This document shows, one piece after another, positions 10,856 to 21,644 of a stretch of DNA of 64,000 nt. Source of the stretch: an uncultured Deinococcaceae bacterium (GTDB taxonomy: Bacteria > Deinococcota > Deinococci > Deinococcales > Deinococcaceae); NCBI GenBank assembly GCA_964252075.1, contig CAXULY010000020.1, positions 1 to 64,000 of the forward strand. Direction: 5' to 3'. The translations under genes and the position numbers were made by a program. A model generated the notes under the pieces. The model was not told where the DNA came from and did not search any database. It saw only the letters and a list, made by a program, of their open reading frames with translations. The first letter of the stretch is position 1, and each line of letters starts with the position of its first letter.

Positions 10856-12610
10856 ATGGCGAAGAAACTTCCTTCGGTGGACGCGGTGATGGTCGGTGTG
10901 GGCTGGACGGGCGGCATCCTCGCGGCCCAGCTGACGCGCGCGGGCCTGAACGTGGTGGGCCTGGAGCGCGGTCCGGTGCGCGACGCGAACGTGAGCTTCG
11001 CGTTCCCCCACATCCGGGACGAGCTGCGGTACGGCATCCGCTTCGGACTGACGCAGGACCTGAGCCGCGACACCCTCACGTTCCGCAACGGCGCGGACCA
11101 GACGGCGCTCCCCATGCGGCAGCTCGGGTCGTTCCTGCTGGGGGACGGGACGGGCGGCGCGGGCGCGCACTGGAACGGCCAGACGTGGCGCTGGACGCCC
11201 TACGACTTCGAGATCCTCAGTCAGACGCGCGCCCGCTACGGCCAGGGCGCCATCGACGACGGCATGCAGATTCAGGACTGGGGCGTGACGTACCAGCAGC
11301 TTGAGCCCTTCTACGACCAGTTCGAACGCACCGCCGGGATCGGCGGGAAGGCGGGGAACCTGCAAGGCAAGATTCAGGCGGGCGGGAATCCCTTCGAGGG
11401 CCCGCGCGCCAGCGAGTACCCGAACCCACCCATGAAGCGCTCGCAACTCGGGGACCTCTTTCAGACCGCCACGCAGCGCCTCGGGTACCACCCGTTTCCC
11501 GGGCCGTCCGCGAACATGTCGCAGGCGTACACCAACCCGGACGGGCAGGCGCTCGGCGCGTGCATGTACTGCGGGTACTGCGAGCGCTTCGGGTGCGACT
11601 ACAACGCCAAGGCCAGCCCGAACAACACGGTGCTGCCCGTCGCGCTCGCCACCGGGAAGTTCGAGGTGCGCAACGACGCGAACGTGGTGCGCGTGAACAT
11701 GGACAGCAGCGGCAAGCGCGCCGTGAGCGTCACATACATTGACCTGCTGACCGGCGAGGAGGTCGAGCAGCCGGCCGAGATGATTTTCCTGACGAGCTTC
11801 ACCTTCGGGAACGTGAAGTTGCTGCTGGTGTCCGGCATCGGCGAGGCGTACGACCCCAAGACGAACAAGGGCACGGTCGGGAAGAACTACACGTACCAGC
11901 TCAGCGCGGGCGCGGGCGGCAGCATGCCGGACCGCGACCTGAAGGTCTTCGCGGGGGCCGGCGCGGACAGCATCGTCATTGACGACTTCAACGGCGATCA
12001 CTTCGACCACTCCGGCCTGGGCTTCCTGCACGGCGGCTCCATCTCCGCCTCGTCCTCCGGCGCGCGGCCCATCCAGACGAACCCGGGCGGCGCGGCGTGG
12101 GGCAGCGCCTGGAAGCGCGCGGCGTCCGACGCGTACAACCACTCGGTGAGCATCGGCGCGCAGGTGTCGTCCCTGCCGTTCCGCGAGAATCACCTGGACC
12201 TCGACCCCACGTACCGCGACGCGTACGGCCTCCCGCTGCTGCGCATGACCTTCGATTACCGCGGCAGTGAAAGCAAACGCAGTCAGTTCCTGTCGGGCAT
12301 CACGACGAAGATCCTCACGGAGATGGGCGCGAAGAACGTCGTGGGGCGTGGGATTCCCGACCATTACTCCATCGTGCCGTACCAGAGCACGCACAACCAG
12401 GGCGGCGCCATCATGGGCGCGGACCCCTCCACCAGCGTGGTGAACCCCTTCATGCAGCACCATCAGGTGTCGAACCTGTTCGTGGTGGGCGCCAGTTCCT
12501 TCCCGCACAACAGCGGCTTCAACCCCACCGGCACGGTCGGGGCGGTCACGTACCGCCTCGCGGACGCCATCGTCAAGCGGTACATCAAGAGCCCCGGCTC
12601 CCTGATGTGA
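10856..12610 (+). CDS. GMC oxidoreductase, gluconate 2-dehydrogenase flavoprotein subunit-like
   Basis: VDAVMVGVGWTGG FAD motif, GGAGAHWNG, CMYCGYCERFGC, YQSTHNQGGAIMG. Confidence 0.93.
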   Translation: MAKKLPSVDAVMVGVGWTGGILAAQLTRAGLNVVGLERGPVRDANVSFAFPHIRDELRYGIRFGLTQDLSRDTLTFRNGADQTALPMRQLGSFLLGDGTGGAGAHWNGQTWRWTPYDFEILSQTRARYGQGAIDDGMQIQDWGVTYQQLEPFYDQFERTAGIGGKAGNLQGKIQAGGNPFEGPRASEYPNPPMKRSQLGDLFQTATQRLGYHPFPGPSANMSQAYTNPDGQALGACMYCGYCERFGCDYNAKASPNNTVLPVALATGKFEVRNDANVVRVNMDSSGKRAVSVTYIDLLTGEEVEQPAEMIFLTSFTFGNVKLLLVSGIGEAYDPKTNKGTVGKNYTYQLSAGAGGSMPDRDLKVFAGAGADSIVIDDFNGDHFDHSGLGFLHGGSISASSSGARPIQTNPGGAAWGSAWKRAASDAYNHSVSIGAQVSSLPFRENHLDLDPTYRDAYGLPLLRMTFDYRGSESKRSQFLSGITTKILTEMGAKNVVGRGIPDHYSIVPYQSTHNQGGAIMGADPSTSVVNPFMQHHQVSNLFVVGASSFPHNSGFNPTGTVGAVTYRLADAIVKRYIKSPGSLM

Positions 12611-12622
12611 GCGAGGAGGGAC

Positions 12623-12796
12623 ATGCCCGGCCCCCTGGAAATCATTCTGGTTCTGCTCGTCGTGCTCGTGCTGTTCGGCGCCCGGAAACTCCCCGAGGTG
12701 GGCCGCGGCCTCGGGGAGGGCATCCGGGAGTTCCGCCGGACCGGACGCGAACTTGTGCGGGGCGCCCCGCGCGACGCGGAAGAGCCCGACGCGTGA
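12623..12796 (+). CDS. tatA: Twin-arginine translocase subunit TatA/TatE
   Basis: Not in the ORF track (57 aa): MPGPLEIILVLLVVLVLFGARKLPEVGRGLGEGIREFRR...; SD GAGGAGG. Confidence 0.92.
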   Translation: MPGPLEIILVLLVVLVLFGARKLPEVGRGLGEGIREFRRTGRELVRGAPRDAEEPDA

Positions 12797-12831
12797 AGTC
12801 CTCGCCCGCGCCGCGGCGCGACTGGAGCCCC

Positions 12832-13272
12832 ATGAAACTGCCGCTGTTGCTGCTCGCCGCCACCGTCACGCTCGCCGCCGCTCAGAACGGCAAGGGCGTA
12901 TACTCCGCAAACTGCGCTTCGTGCCACCAGGTGAACGGTCAGGGCGTGCCGGGCGCCTTCCCGCCGCAGGCCGGGCACTTCCCGGACCTCCTCAACAACG
13001 ATGGCGGTCGCGCCTACGTGGTGAACGTCGTGCTGTACGGCCTGCAGGGGGCCGTCACGGTGAAGGGCCGGACGTACAGCAGCGGCATGCCGGGCTTCGC
13101 GCAACTCAGCGACGCCGACATCGCGGCGGTGCTGAACTACGTGGGCACCAGCTGGAAGAACGCCCTCCCGGAAGGGCAGAACCCCTTCGCGGCGGCGGAG
13201 GTGCAGAAGGAACGCGCCACCAAGAAGACGCCCGCGCAGGTGCTCGACCTGAGGCCGAAAGACCCGCAATGA
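12832..13272 (+). CDS. Monoheme cytochrome c (c552-like) with signal peptide
   Basis: Signal peptide, single CASCH, GQGVPGAFPP, distal Met in GMPGFAQLSDADIAAVLNY. Confidence 0.9.
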   Translation: MKLPLLLLAATVTLAAAQNGKGVYSANCASCHQVNGQGVPGAFPPQAGHFPDLLNNDGGRAYVVNVVLYGLQGAVTVKGRTYSSGMPGFAQLSDADIAAVLNYVGTSWKNALPEGQNPFAAAEVQKERATKKTPAQVLDLRPKDPQ

Positions 13273-13755
13273 GGGGATCAAGTGTGCCCGGATGTGAGGG
13301 TTGTGCCTTTCGTCGGCCATTGCGGACCGAGAGCGGAAGGAGCGGGCGGATCACCTGAAGCCTGGGCCCGACCTGATGACCGCTGGGACCGCCTGTCCCC
13401 AACGGTCATCAGGAGGGACGCCCACTTCCAACCAGAATGCCGCCATTTCTCCCAGGCCCGCGCGGGCGCGCAGCTGACGCGGCACGGCGACGGTTCGTCG
13501 CAGGGCCCGAAGCAACTTCATGGCCGTCAGGCACTGGGGGCGTGGTGGTGCACGCCTCGCCACGAGCGTCTTGCGAAGTGATTCAGGTCGGGTTCGGCCT
13601 TGGGTCGTTGGGGCGTCGGTTCGCCTGACCTTCACATCTCATCCCTCAGCAGAGGCGAGCGGTCATGCGCCTGCGCGCTGTCCGTCACAAGTGCGGCGGC
13701 AGGCCGGAGGCTCCGCCGCGCTTGTGTCCGGAAGGTGCTCAGACGTGCTGTGGGC

Positions 13756-14403
13756 CTATGACGGTGTGGCCTGCCGCTCAGGGCTGGCGGAGGGGCGCAC
13801 GAGCGGCAGGAAGACCTGGTCGAGCATCGCGTAGAGGTCGGCGTTGGCTGGGGGGGCGGAGGTCATCAGCATGTCGTGTCGCCCGAGGGTCATCGGCAGC
13901 GCCCTGACCTTCGGCGTGAGTTTCTCCGGATCGACTTCCCCACGTTCAATGCCGCGCCGCAGCACCGCTTCGAAGAGGTCGGGGTCCGCGATCTGCCGCA
14001 GCAGGCGCTCCCTAAAATCGGCGTAGGTCGATCCACTTCCGGCCAGTTCGGTGCCGATGTTGAGGGCGACCCGGATCAGGGGGGCGCTGCGTTCGCCCAG
14101 CCGGCGGAGCAGGTAGGCCAGTTCCTCCCGCACGCTGCCGAGGTCGGGGACGGTGATGGGCACGCGGTCCAATCGATGGGCGAGCGCCGCCACGGCGAGT
14201 TCCTGACGCCCCGGCCAGCGGCGGCGCAGCACCGGGCGGCTGGTGCCCGCCCGGTGCGCCACGGCGTCGAGGGTCAGGTTCGTGTAGCCGCTGGCCTCCA
14301 GTTCCTGCCAGGCCGCGTCGAGGATCGCGTCTTCCAAGACGGCGCCGCGGCGCCGCACGTTCGGGCCTCGGTTCGACCGATCCTCCAGATTAGATTCGTC
14401 CAT
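13756..14403 (-). CDS. TetR/AcrR family regulator
   Basis: RRRGAVLEDAILDAAWQELEASGYTNLTLDAVAHRAGTSRPVLRRRW. Confidence 0.9.
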   Translation of the reverse strand: MDESNLEDRSNRGPNVRRRGAVLEDAILDAAWQELEASGYTNLTLDAVAHRAGTSRPVLRRRWPGRQELAVAALAHRLDRVPITVPDLGSVREELAYLLRRLGERSAPLIRVALNIGTELAGSGSTYADFRERLLRQIADPDLFEAVLRRGIERGEVDPEKLTPKVRALPMTLGRHDMLMTSAPPANADLYAMLDQVFLPLVRPSASPERQATPS

Positions 14404-14456
14404 GTATCTTATTGACACCTCGCTTCGCCGAGAATAAGATCCCGGAATGAATCTTA
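14390..14456. promoter_or_regulatory. Sigma70 promoter and two TetR operator-like palindromes
   Basis: TTGACA(14412)-N17-TAAGAT(14435)-N6-ATG(14447); T(T/A)AGAT-N10-ATCTTA at 14390-14411 and 14435-14456. Confidence 0.75.
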
Positions 14457-15682
14457 CCTCAGGGGCACCTTCAGGCACCACACCACAGCCCACCACGCCC
14501 CGAACCGTCCTCATTTCCGGCGCCAGCATCGCCGGTCCAGTCCTGGCGTACTGGCTCACGGCCTTCGGCTTCCACGTCACCGTCGTCGAACGCGCCGCCG
14601 GGCCCCGAGGCGGCGGTTACCCCATCGACGTGCGCGGACCGGCCCTGACGGTCCTGCAACGCATGAACCTGCTGGGCGAGGCGCGCCACCATCAACTTCA
14701 CACGCGTCGCCTGTCCTTCGTGGATCAGCAGGGCGCCCTGATTGGTGCCCTCACCCTGGAGCCCACCGACGGAGAGGATCAGGACATCGAACTGCCCCGC
14801 GGGACCCTGACCTCCCTGCTGTACGCACAAACGCTGGGGAGCAGCGTGCGCTACCACTTCAATGACAGCATCGAGACGCTGCGGCAGGACGACGCCGGCG
14901 TGGCCGTGACCTTCCAGGCCGGCGCGCCGCAACGCTTCGACCTGGTGATCGGCGCTGACGGCATGCACTCACGCACGCGCGAACTGGCGTTCGGCCCGGA
15001 AACCGACTTCTCGACTTACCTGGGCTACTGTTTCAACGGCTTCTCCATGCCGAACGCGCTGCACCTGTCACACGAGGCGATGACCCACGCGTCGCCGGGC
15101 CGCACGGCCGTGCAGTTCGCAGTGGACGGCTCCGACACGGTCCACGCCTTTCTGATCTACGCGGCCGACGCGCCGACCTTCACGCGCACCCCCGACCTGA
15201 CCATTCAACGGGCCCTCACCGCTCAGCTGTTCGAACGCGAGGGCTGGATCGTGCCCCAGATGGTTCGGGCCATGCAGACCGCCGCGGACCTGTACGCCGA
15301 CCTGGTCGCGCAGATCCGCATGCCCACCTGGTCGAACGGCCGGGTGGCCCTGGTGGGGGACGCCGCGTACGCGCCCTCCTTCCTGACGGGTCAGGGCACC
15401 AGCCTGGCCCTCGTGGGCGCCTACGTTCTCGCGGGCGAACTGGCCGCCCACACAGACCCGCACCGCGCCTTCGCCGCCTACGAGCAGCAGATGCGGCCCT
15501 ACGTGGAGGCCAATCAGGCCCTGGTGGAGGGCGGCTCGCTGCTGCTCGTGCCCCGCACGTCGGAGGCCCTGCACGCCCGGAACCACATGCTGGCCGGCCT
15601 CACGGGCGCCGAGGACCACCGCGCCCCGCCCGCCCCACCGAGCGCCTACACCGCCATCACCCTCCCGACGTACCCGCGCTGA
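14447..15682 (+). CDS. FAD-dependent monooxygenase
   Basis: VLISGASIAG, DLVIGADGMHS, RVALVGDAAYAPSFLTGQGTSLA. Confidence 0.92.
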   Translation: MNLTSGAPSGTTPQPTTPRTVLISGASIAGPVLAYWLTAFGFHVTVVERAAGPRGGGYPIDVRGPALTVLQRMNLLGEARHHQLHTRRLSFVDQQGALIGALTLEPTDGEDQDIELPRGTLTSLLYAQTLGSSVRYHFNDSIETLRQDDAGVAVTFQAGAPQRFDLVIGADGMHSRTRELAFGPETDFSTYLGYCFNGFSMPNALHLSHEAMTHASPGRTAVQFAVDGSDTVHAFLIYAADAPTFTRTPDLTIQRALTAQLFEREGWIVPQMVRAMQTAADLYADLVAQIRMPTWSNGRVALVGDAAYAPSFLTGQGTSLALVGAYVLAGELAAHTDPHRAFAAYEQQMRPYVEANQALVEGGSLLLVPRTSEALHARNHMLAGLTGAEDHRAPPAPPSAYTAITLPTYPR

Positions 15683-15930
15683 ACCCCCTCGGGAATCACG
15701 AAGGCCTGAAGAGGTGAGCGCTTCGGTTCGGTCCGTCGTCACCGCGGCCGGTCATTCGCTTGGAGGCATCCGGCGGTCCCCCTATCAGCCATTTCTTTCA
15801 TAGTGGAAAGACCACCAGAGGTGCCGCCTCCAGTTGCATCACGGCGTCGCGGATCAACGCCACGTTCCGCGCGATTTTCAGCCCATCTCGGGTGGCGTCA
15901 ACACATCCATGCCTCAGCCTAACGAAGGAG

Positions 15931-16504
15931 GTGGCCACCCGTGCCCAAAACCAAAGCCACCCCCAGACACTCACCAAAACTTCCAAAAAGCGCGCACATG
16001 GCACGCGGCGGCCGCCCAAATACGATTGGACCGCGATCCGGCGGAAGTACATCCGCGGAGACGACAGCGTGACGCTGGAGAGCCCGAGCGCCGAAGGTGG
16101 CAGAACTGGCGCGCCCAGCCTCGCGCAGCTCAAACGCCGTTCCAGCGAGCAAGCTTGGGCGGACCTGCGCGCCGAGTTCCGATACCAGAACGTGACCAGG
16201 GCGCGGGAGCACGACCTCGTAATCCTGGAGGACGTCCGGCACCGTCACGTGCGTATCGGGAAGACCCTGCAGATGGTGAGCGTGAAGGGCCTCGCGGCAC
16301 TCAACGCGAAGGCCGCAGACCCTCTCCACCTTCGAGGCGGCGCGCCTCATCCAACTGGGCCTGGAGACGGAGCGCCAGGCTCGCTGCATGGAGGAGTTCA
16401 CGGTGCGCATCGAGGACCTCCGGAGCCCGGCGGACTTCAAGAAGCTCACGCCCGAGCAACTCATGGAGCTGCGGACGCAGGTGAAGGCCCGTGGCCAAGC
16501 GTGA
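15931..16504 (+). pseudogene. Phage terminase small subunit-like pseudogene
   Basis: PKYDWTAIRRKYIRG...LAQLKRRSSEQAW, then a frameshift to EAARLIQLGLETER...DFKKLTPEQLMEL; directly upstream of terL; SD AAGGAGG. Confidence 0.65.
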
Positions 16505-18088
16505 CGTCCTCCCCGAGTGGCTGACCGACGACCTGCTGATCGCGGCGATGGCGGAGCGGGAGCTCGCCAAGCGCGGCCTGCTGCCCGAGGAGGACACGCC
16601 CGCCCTCAACCTCACGGAGTTCGTGGAGGCCTTCCGGGAGCTGCTGGAGCTGGGCGTGCCGCTCATGTGGGGCTGGGCGCTGGACGCCATGGCGTTGCAC
16701 CTCGAGGCGGCCGCGCGGCGCGAGATTCGCAAGCTGATCATTAACGTCCCGCCCGGCACCATGAAGTGCCGCCTCACCAACGTGTTCTTCCCCGCCTGGG
16801 TGTGGGGCGAGCCGGACCCCAGCGAGCGCTTCCTCGCGGTGAGTTACACCGTGTCGCTCTCCATGAGTGACAGCGTGGCCATGCGCCGTCTGATCCTCAG
16901 CGCCGAGTACCAGGTGCGGTACGGCGAGCGCCAGCAACTCACCCGCGACCAGAACGCCAAGGGGCGGTACGACACCACCGCGCGCGATTTCCGGCAGGTC
17001 AAGCCGCTCTCCAGCGCGACTGATGCGCGCGCGGGCATCCTCTTGATTGACGACCCGAACAACGCCACGAAGATTTACAGCCCGGCCGAGCGGCGCACCA
17101 TCAACCACGCATACGACCAGTCCCTGCGCATGCGTGGCGCGAACCGGGAGACCTTCGTGCAGATCTACATCATGCAGCGCCTGCACGAAGAGAACCTCAC
17201 CGGGCACCGGCTGAAGAAAGGCGGCTGGGAGCACCTGCGGCTCCCAGAGGAGTACGAGCCGGAGCACCACACGCGCACCACGCTGTGGAGCGACCCGCGC
17301 ATGGAGCGCGGCGAGCTGCAGTTTCCCGAGTGCCGCAACCGCACTGCCGTCGGGGAGATGAAGCGCGACCTCGGGCGCTTCGGCACCGCCGGGCAACTCC
17401 AGCAGCGCCCGGTTCCTGCAGGCGGCGGCATCATCAAGCGCTGGTGGCGGTACCACTCCCCCGCTGCCCTGCTGGCCATCATGCCGCCCGTCCGGGTGCT
17501 CATGCTGGACGGCACCGAGCGCGAGATTCACGCGGGCGCTACGCCCGAGCGGTTCAACCGCAAGATCACCAGCTGGGACATGAGCTTCATGCGCAACAAG
17601 GACAGCAATTATATGACCGGCCAGGCGCTCGGGCAGCGCGATGCGGACACGTTCCTGCTCGATCAGACGCGCGGCCAGTGGGGCTTCGTGCAGACCAAAC
17701 GCGAGGTGATCGCCTTCACTGGCAAGCACCCGACATCCAAGAGCATATCGTGGAGGACAAGGCGAACGGCCCCGCCATCCTCGACGAACTCGGCAGCGCG
17801 GTGAGCGGTCTGATCGGGTGGGAGCCCGAGGGCAGCAGGGAAAGCCGCGTGCACGCCGAGAGCCCCGCCATCGAAGCGGGCAACGTGTACCTCCCACACC
17901 CCGCCCTCGCGCCGTGGGTGCTGCGTGACTTCCTCCCGGAGTGGGACGCCTTCCCCTTCGGCGGCAACGATGACCAGATCGACCCGCTCACGCAGGGTCG
18001 CCAGCGCCTGCGCATTCCCCCGCCGAAGTAGGACGCCGCCCTGCAGGCGGCCGCCGCGCTGGGAACGACCGACGACCTGGTCACGTGA
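16491..18088 (+). pseudogene. terL: Phage terminase large subunit pseudogene
   Basis: LIINVPPGTMK (Walker A), ILLIDDP (Walker B), IMQRLHEE, QQRPVPAGG, SWDMSF. Frameshift near 17730 into VEDKANGPA...FPFGGNDDQID; in-frame TAG at 18029 before TGA at 18086. Confidence 0.88.
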
Positions 18089-18102
18089 ACCACAACTGGG
18101 CT

Positions 18103-18897
18103 TTAGTCGTGGTCAATATCAAACCGCGTGCGTGAGAAGTCGCGGCACTGGAGGTCCGTTCGGTCGATCATGAACATCAGCGCGTCCACCCACATGGAGT
18201 CCGGGAGGGCCTCCGACAGCGCCGCCAGATAGAGCAACCCAATTTCTGTGGGATCCATGCCGCGGTTGTACGCGGTGGCGGCCTCTGGATTTCCCAGCAT
18301 GAACGCGTGGTGGCGACCCGCCTCAAATTGCCCAGACGCGATGGGATCCACCAGCGCCTTCCACTCCGGGTCATCTTCCAACGGTTCCCGTGGATCGGCG
18401 ATGCGACTGTCCAAGTCTCGCCAGTAACCAAGTTCCCCCCATGGGAAGACATCTGCCTCGAACGTCACCTTGGACGACGCCACGGCCCAGTCCGCCTCCA
18501 GGTACCCCGCGTACGGCTCGGGCGAACGTTCCAGCCCCTGCAGGTCCGGTTCCAGGCGCACCTCGATCACCTGATCGCTATTCTCACTGGTAAAGAAACT
18601 CAGCAGGCCTGCCGGTGGGAGCAGGTCGTCCTCATCGTGCGGTTTCACGTCCGCCAGGTTGAACTGCGCCACGAAGAACATCAGTTCGCCCTTCTCGTCC
18701 AGCGGCCAGCTGCCGGGCCGTAAGTCCGGAAGGCCACCGATCTTGCTCACCCCGACGGGCAACTGCTCATCGGGTGTTGGCGTGTGCTCAATGAAGATGA
18801 TGGGCAGCAGCACGTGCGGCAGGTATTGCGTGTGTTCCGGGTAGTAACGCTTGAAGATCGGGCGGGCCTGCTCGCGCACCTCATGCAATCTCGACAC
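18103..18897 (-). CDS. YwqG/DUF1963 family protein
   Basis: SKIGGLPDL...WP...LMFFVAQFNLADV...LLPPAGLLSFF ... LMFMIDRTDL; acidic; leaderless TAAGGT-N5-GTG. Confidence 0.8.
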   Translation of the reverse strand: MSRLHEVREQARPIFKRYYPEHTQYLPHVLLPIIFIEHTPTPDEQLPVGVSKIGGLPDLRPGSWPLDEKGELMFFVAQFNLADVKPHDEDDLLPPAGLLSFFTSENSDQVIEVRLEPDLQGLERSPEPYAGYLEADWAVASSKVTFEADVFPWGELGYWRDLDSRIADPREPLEDDPEWKALVDPIASGQFEAGRHHAFMLGNPEAATAYNRGMDPTEIGLLYLAALSEALPDSMWVDALMFMIDRTDLQCRDFSRTRFDIDHD

Positions 18898-19169
18898 CCC
18901 TCACCTTACGCAGTTCGGTGCTCTCCGCGCTCAGCAAAGATGGAGGCTCGTGACACACAGGCATCAAGAAAGCGCGCGGGACACAAAGTCACGCGCGCAC
19001 CCAAGCCGGGTGTTCAGTCCCAATTACACCAGGGGCGTACCCCGTCGTGCTCTGCACCGATGTGCAGACTCCCGTCTCAAACCCATGGTGACCCTACCCG
19101 CTGGGGTGCCGTCAGCATAGCGGCCGCGCTGCTCACGACCGTCAGGTTTGCCTTGAAAGGAGGTGCGCC

Positions 19170-20735
19170 TTGACCTTGATCCTCGGACCGGACGGCAGGC
19201 CCGCCCGCACAGCACAGCCCGCCCAGGAAGCAAACGTCCCCCAGCTGCGCGGCGGGAGTCTCCCCTTCGCCAACCCCGGTCCGGGCGACGCGGGCGGGGC
19301 GTTCACCGACCCAGCGACGCGGCGTGGATGGACGTCGGTGCGCGGGGTGGCCGGACGCCGGTCCTTCGCGGACCGAGCGACGGTGCGGCGTGTCTGCCGC
19401 GCCTTATACCTGCTGCCTAAAGCCTTGTTCTGGGGCGTCGTGCAGCTCGTCGCGGCGTTCCTGATGGGCGACACCCTCACGTACGGCGAACTTGACGACA
19501 AGACCGCGCAGCTGGCGCTCGACGAGTTCCGGCAGGCGAACAACCTCAGCGAAGCGATGACGCATCGCTGGATCATCGAGTTCCTGCTCAACGGCGAGAA
19601 CGCCACCGTCTTCCCCACGGGCTCGGACAACCCCGGCGCGGACCTCCCGGCGCGCGTGGCGTTCTTGGACGTGGACGGCAACGTCAGCGTGACGGGCAGC
19701 ACCGCGCGCGGCCTCACGGCGGGTTATATGGCAGGCAGCGTCACCCTCACGCGCGGCCTGCACGACGTCCAAACCTGAGAATCCGGCGAGTTCGTGTGGA
19801 GCGCGCACGACGCCCTGTGGAACGATGTGCGCGGCTGGTCCGTGGTGGCGGCCGCCGCGGACGCCGCCATGGCCTACACGAGCCTCGCGCACCTGCGCAT
19901 GAACGTGCACGACATTCAGCAGCGCATCGTCGCGGTGTACAGGGCCATCGTGGACCTCAAAGGCACGGACGCGAACGGCACGCCCGACGGCGGCATGTTC
20001 GGCTGGCGCCTTAAGACGAGCGGCTTTAAGCGCATCCCGCGTGATGGCGGCGTGCTGCCCAGCTTGGTGAAGCCCGGCTACACGGACGAGCAGGGCCAGG
20101 GGCACGACCCTGTGCGTGAATCCCTGGAGTTCCCCAGCGGCGCCAGTGACGCCACGACGGACGCGCAGACCTTCCTGCGCCTCGCGATGGACGGTCTGCC
20201 CGAGCGTCGGCTCGGCTACGGCGGCGAGACCACGCGCACCACCGCCAGCGAGATGAGCACCCCCGCCACGCGCGTGGCTGGACGGCGCCAGGCGCTCGTG
20301 CGCTCCTACCTCGACCGCCTCATTCGCACCGAGCTGAAGCGCCGCTTCGGCCCCGACCGCCTGTACACCGTCTACAAGACCGTCGTCAGCGCGGATAGCC
20401 TGAACCGCAAGCGCAAGCGCCTGCCCGCGGACATGCTGGAGTTTCACTGGCAGCTGCCCGCGATCACCGAGGAGAACCTCGACACCCTCATCCGCCGCGC
20501 CCTCGCCGCGCGCGCCGCCGGGTGGGCCAGCCCGCAGACCCTCAGCGCCAGCCTCGGCTTCGACGCGAGCGTCGAGAACGAACTCATGACGAGCGCCAGG
20601 CTGCGCTTCGGGAACGCCGTACGGCCCAGCAACACTCTGAGCACCATCACGCCGGATGAGCCCAACCGGCAGGACACCATGGCCGAACCGACCACGGCGA
20701 CTCCACAGGCTCCTCCTCCAGGGAGAGCGGTGTAG
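19170..20735 (+). pseudogene. Phage portal protein pseudogene
   Basis: ORFs 19170-19778 and 19794-20735 are in the same frame, separated by a single TGA (19776). About 520 codons, positioned after terL; strong SD AAAGGAGGT. Confidence 0.65.
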
Positions 20736-20771
20736 AGCGCGACGTACGTCGCTCTATCTTACGGTCGTGGC

Positions 20772-21644
20772 ATGGTCAAGCTGGCCCAGCTGTGCGCCTG
20801 CCGCGCCCACGTGAATCTCCCGACGTTCCACGAGGAGGATGGAGTGCACATCGTTTCGCGATTGTTTTGCCTGGCTTTACTGATCGTCCACCTCAGTGCC
20901 GCGCGGGCGACCGCCCAGGACGCCCTGTCCGCGACCATGGACGGTGTGTCCTACACAGCGCAACACGGCTTGGTCCAGGCCGCGCGGAATGGCGTCATCC
21001 GGTGGTCGCGGCAGTTGCCCTTCAGCGATGGGCCCGCCTTTCAGGACGTTTCGCGCATGCTGCCCGCCGGGCGCTTCTTGGTGCTCGTGAGTGGTCTGGT
21101 GTCTGAAACCGAAGGCGAAGAATCAGCAACGGTCATCGCGTTGGACCTCCAGACGGGCCAAACGCGATGGACGCACACCCTGGACGGTCGTCCAGATGGT
21201 CTGTGGTTCGTGTCGAGCCCACGGATCATCTTTGTTGGAACGTACACCGCTGGAGCCATGATCTCTGGCAGGACGGCTGGGTACCGCCTGGAGGACGGCT
21301 TCCCTATGGCGATCCCTGAGAGCGCCCAACAGGTGACGGCTGCAGGACCGCTGGTGGTGTTCGATGACGTTTGGGGTGACTCGACGGTGCTCAATGACCC
21401 GAGCCAGCTTCACTACAACGTCTTTGATGCACGGACCAACCAAAACCAGCATGTCACCTTTGATGTGCCAGCGCGGGCAGGCTGTGGTGCGGCGTTGCCC
21501 TTTCCAGACAAGGAGACGATGGACGACCGCGATTTCACCCCGGAGCGGATTGTCGTGCGGCGTGTGGACCAGTGTGGCCAATACGTGGTGCTGGTGGACT
21601 GGCAGCAGTCACCCCCCACCGCAGTCATTGAAGTCCGGCCATGA
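20772..21644 (+). CDS. Secreted hypothetical protein with PQQ-like beta-propeller repeat
   Basis: Signal-like LFCLALLIVHLSAARA; VIALDLQTGQTRW. Start is either ATG 20772 (TACGGT-N6) or GTG ~20844 after GAGGAGG. Confidence 0.7.
   Translation: MVKLAQLCACRAHVNLPTFHEEDGVHIVSRLFCLALLIVHLSAARATAQDALSATMDGVSYTAQHGLVQAARNGVIRWSRQLPFSDGPAFQDVSRMLPAGRFLVLVSGLVSETEGEESATVIALDLQTGQTRWTHTLDGRPDGLWFVSSPRIIFVGTYTAGAMISGRTAGYRLEDGFPMAIPESAQQVTAAGPLVVFDDVWGDSTVLNDPSQLHYNVFDARTNQNQHVTFDVPARAGCGAALPFPDKETMDDRDFTPERIVVRRVDQCGQYVVLVDWQQSPPTAVIEVRP

Noticed and set aside
10823..12508. Long antisense ORFs (also 3728-5002, 16461-17897, 24427-26031, 36217-37746, 50312-52600, 61977-63635)
   Set aside because: Shadow frames of real high-GC genes on the opposite strand, with no motifs of their own.
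19776..19778. Portal TGA (and terL TAG) as programmed readthrough or recoding
   Set aside because: Neighbouring phage genes also carry frameshifts, so ordinary decay is the simpler explanation.
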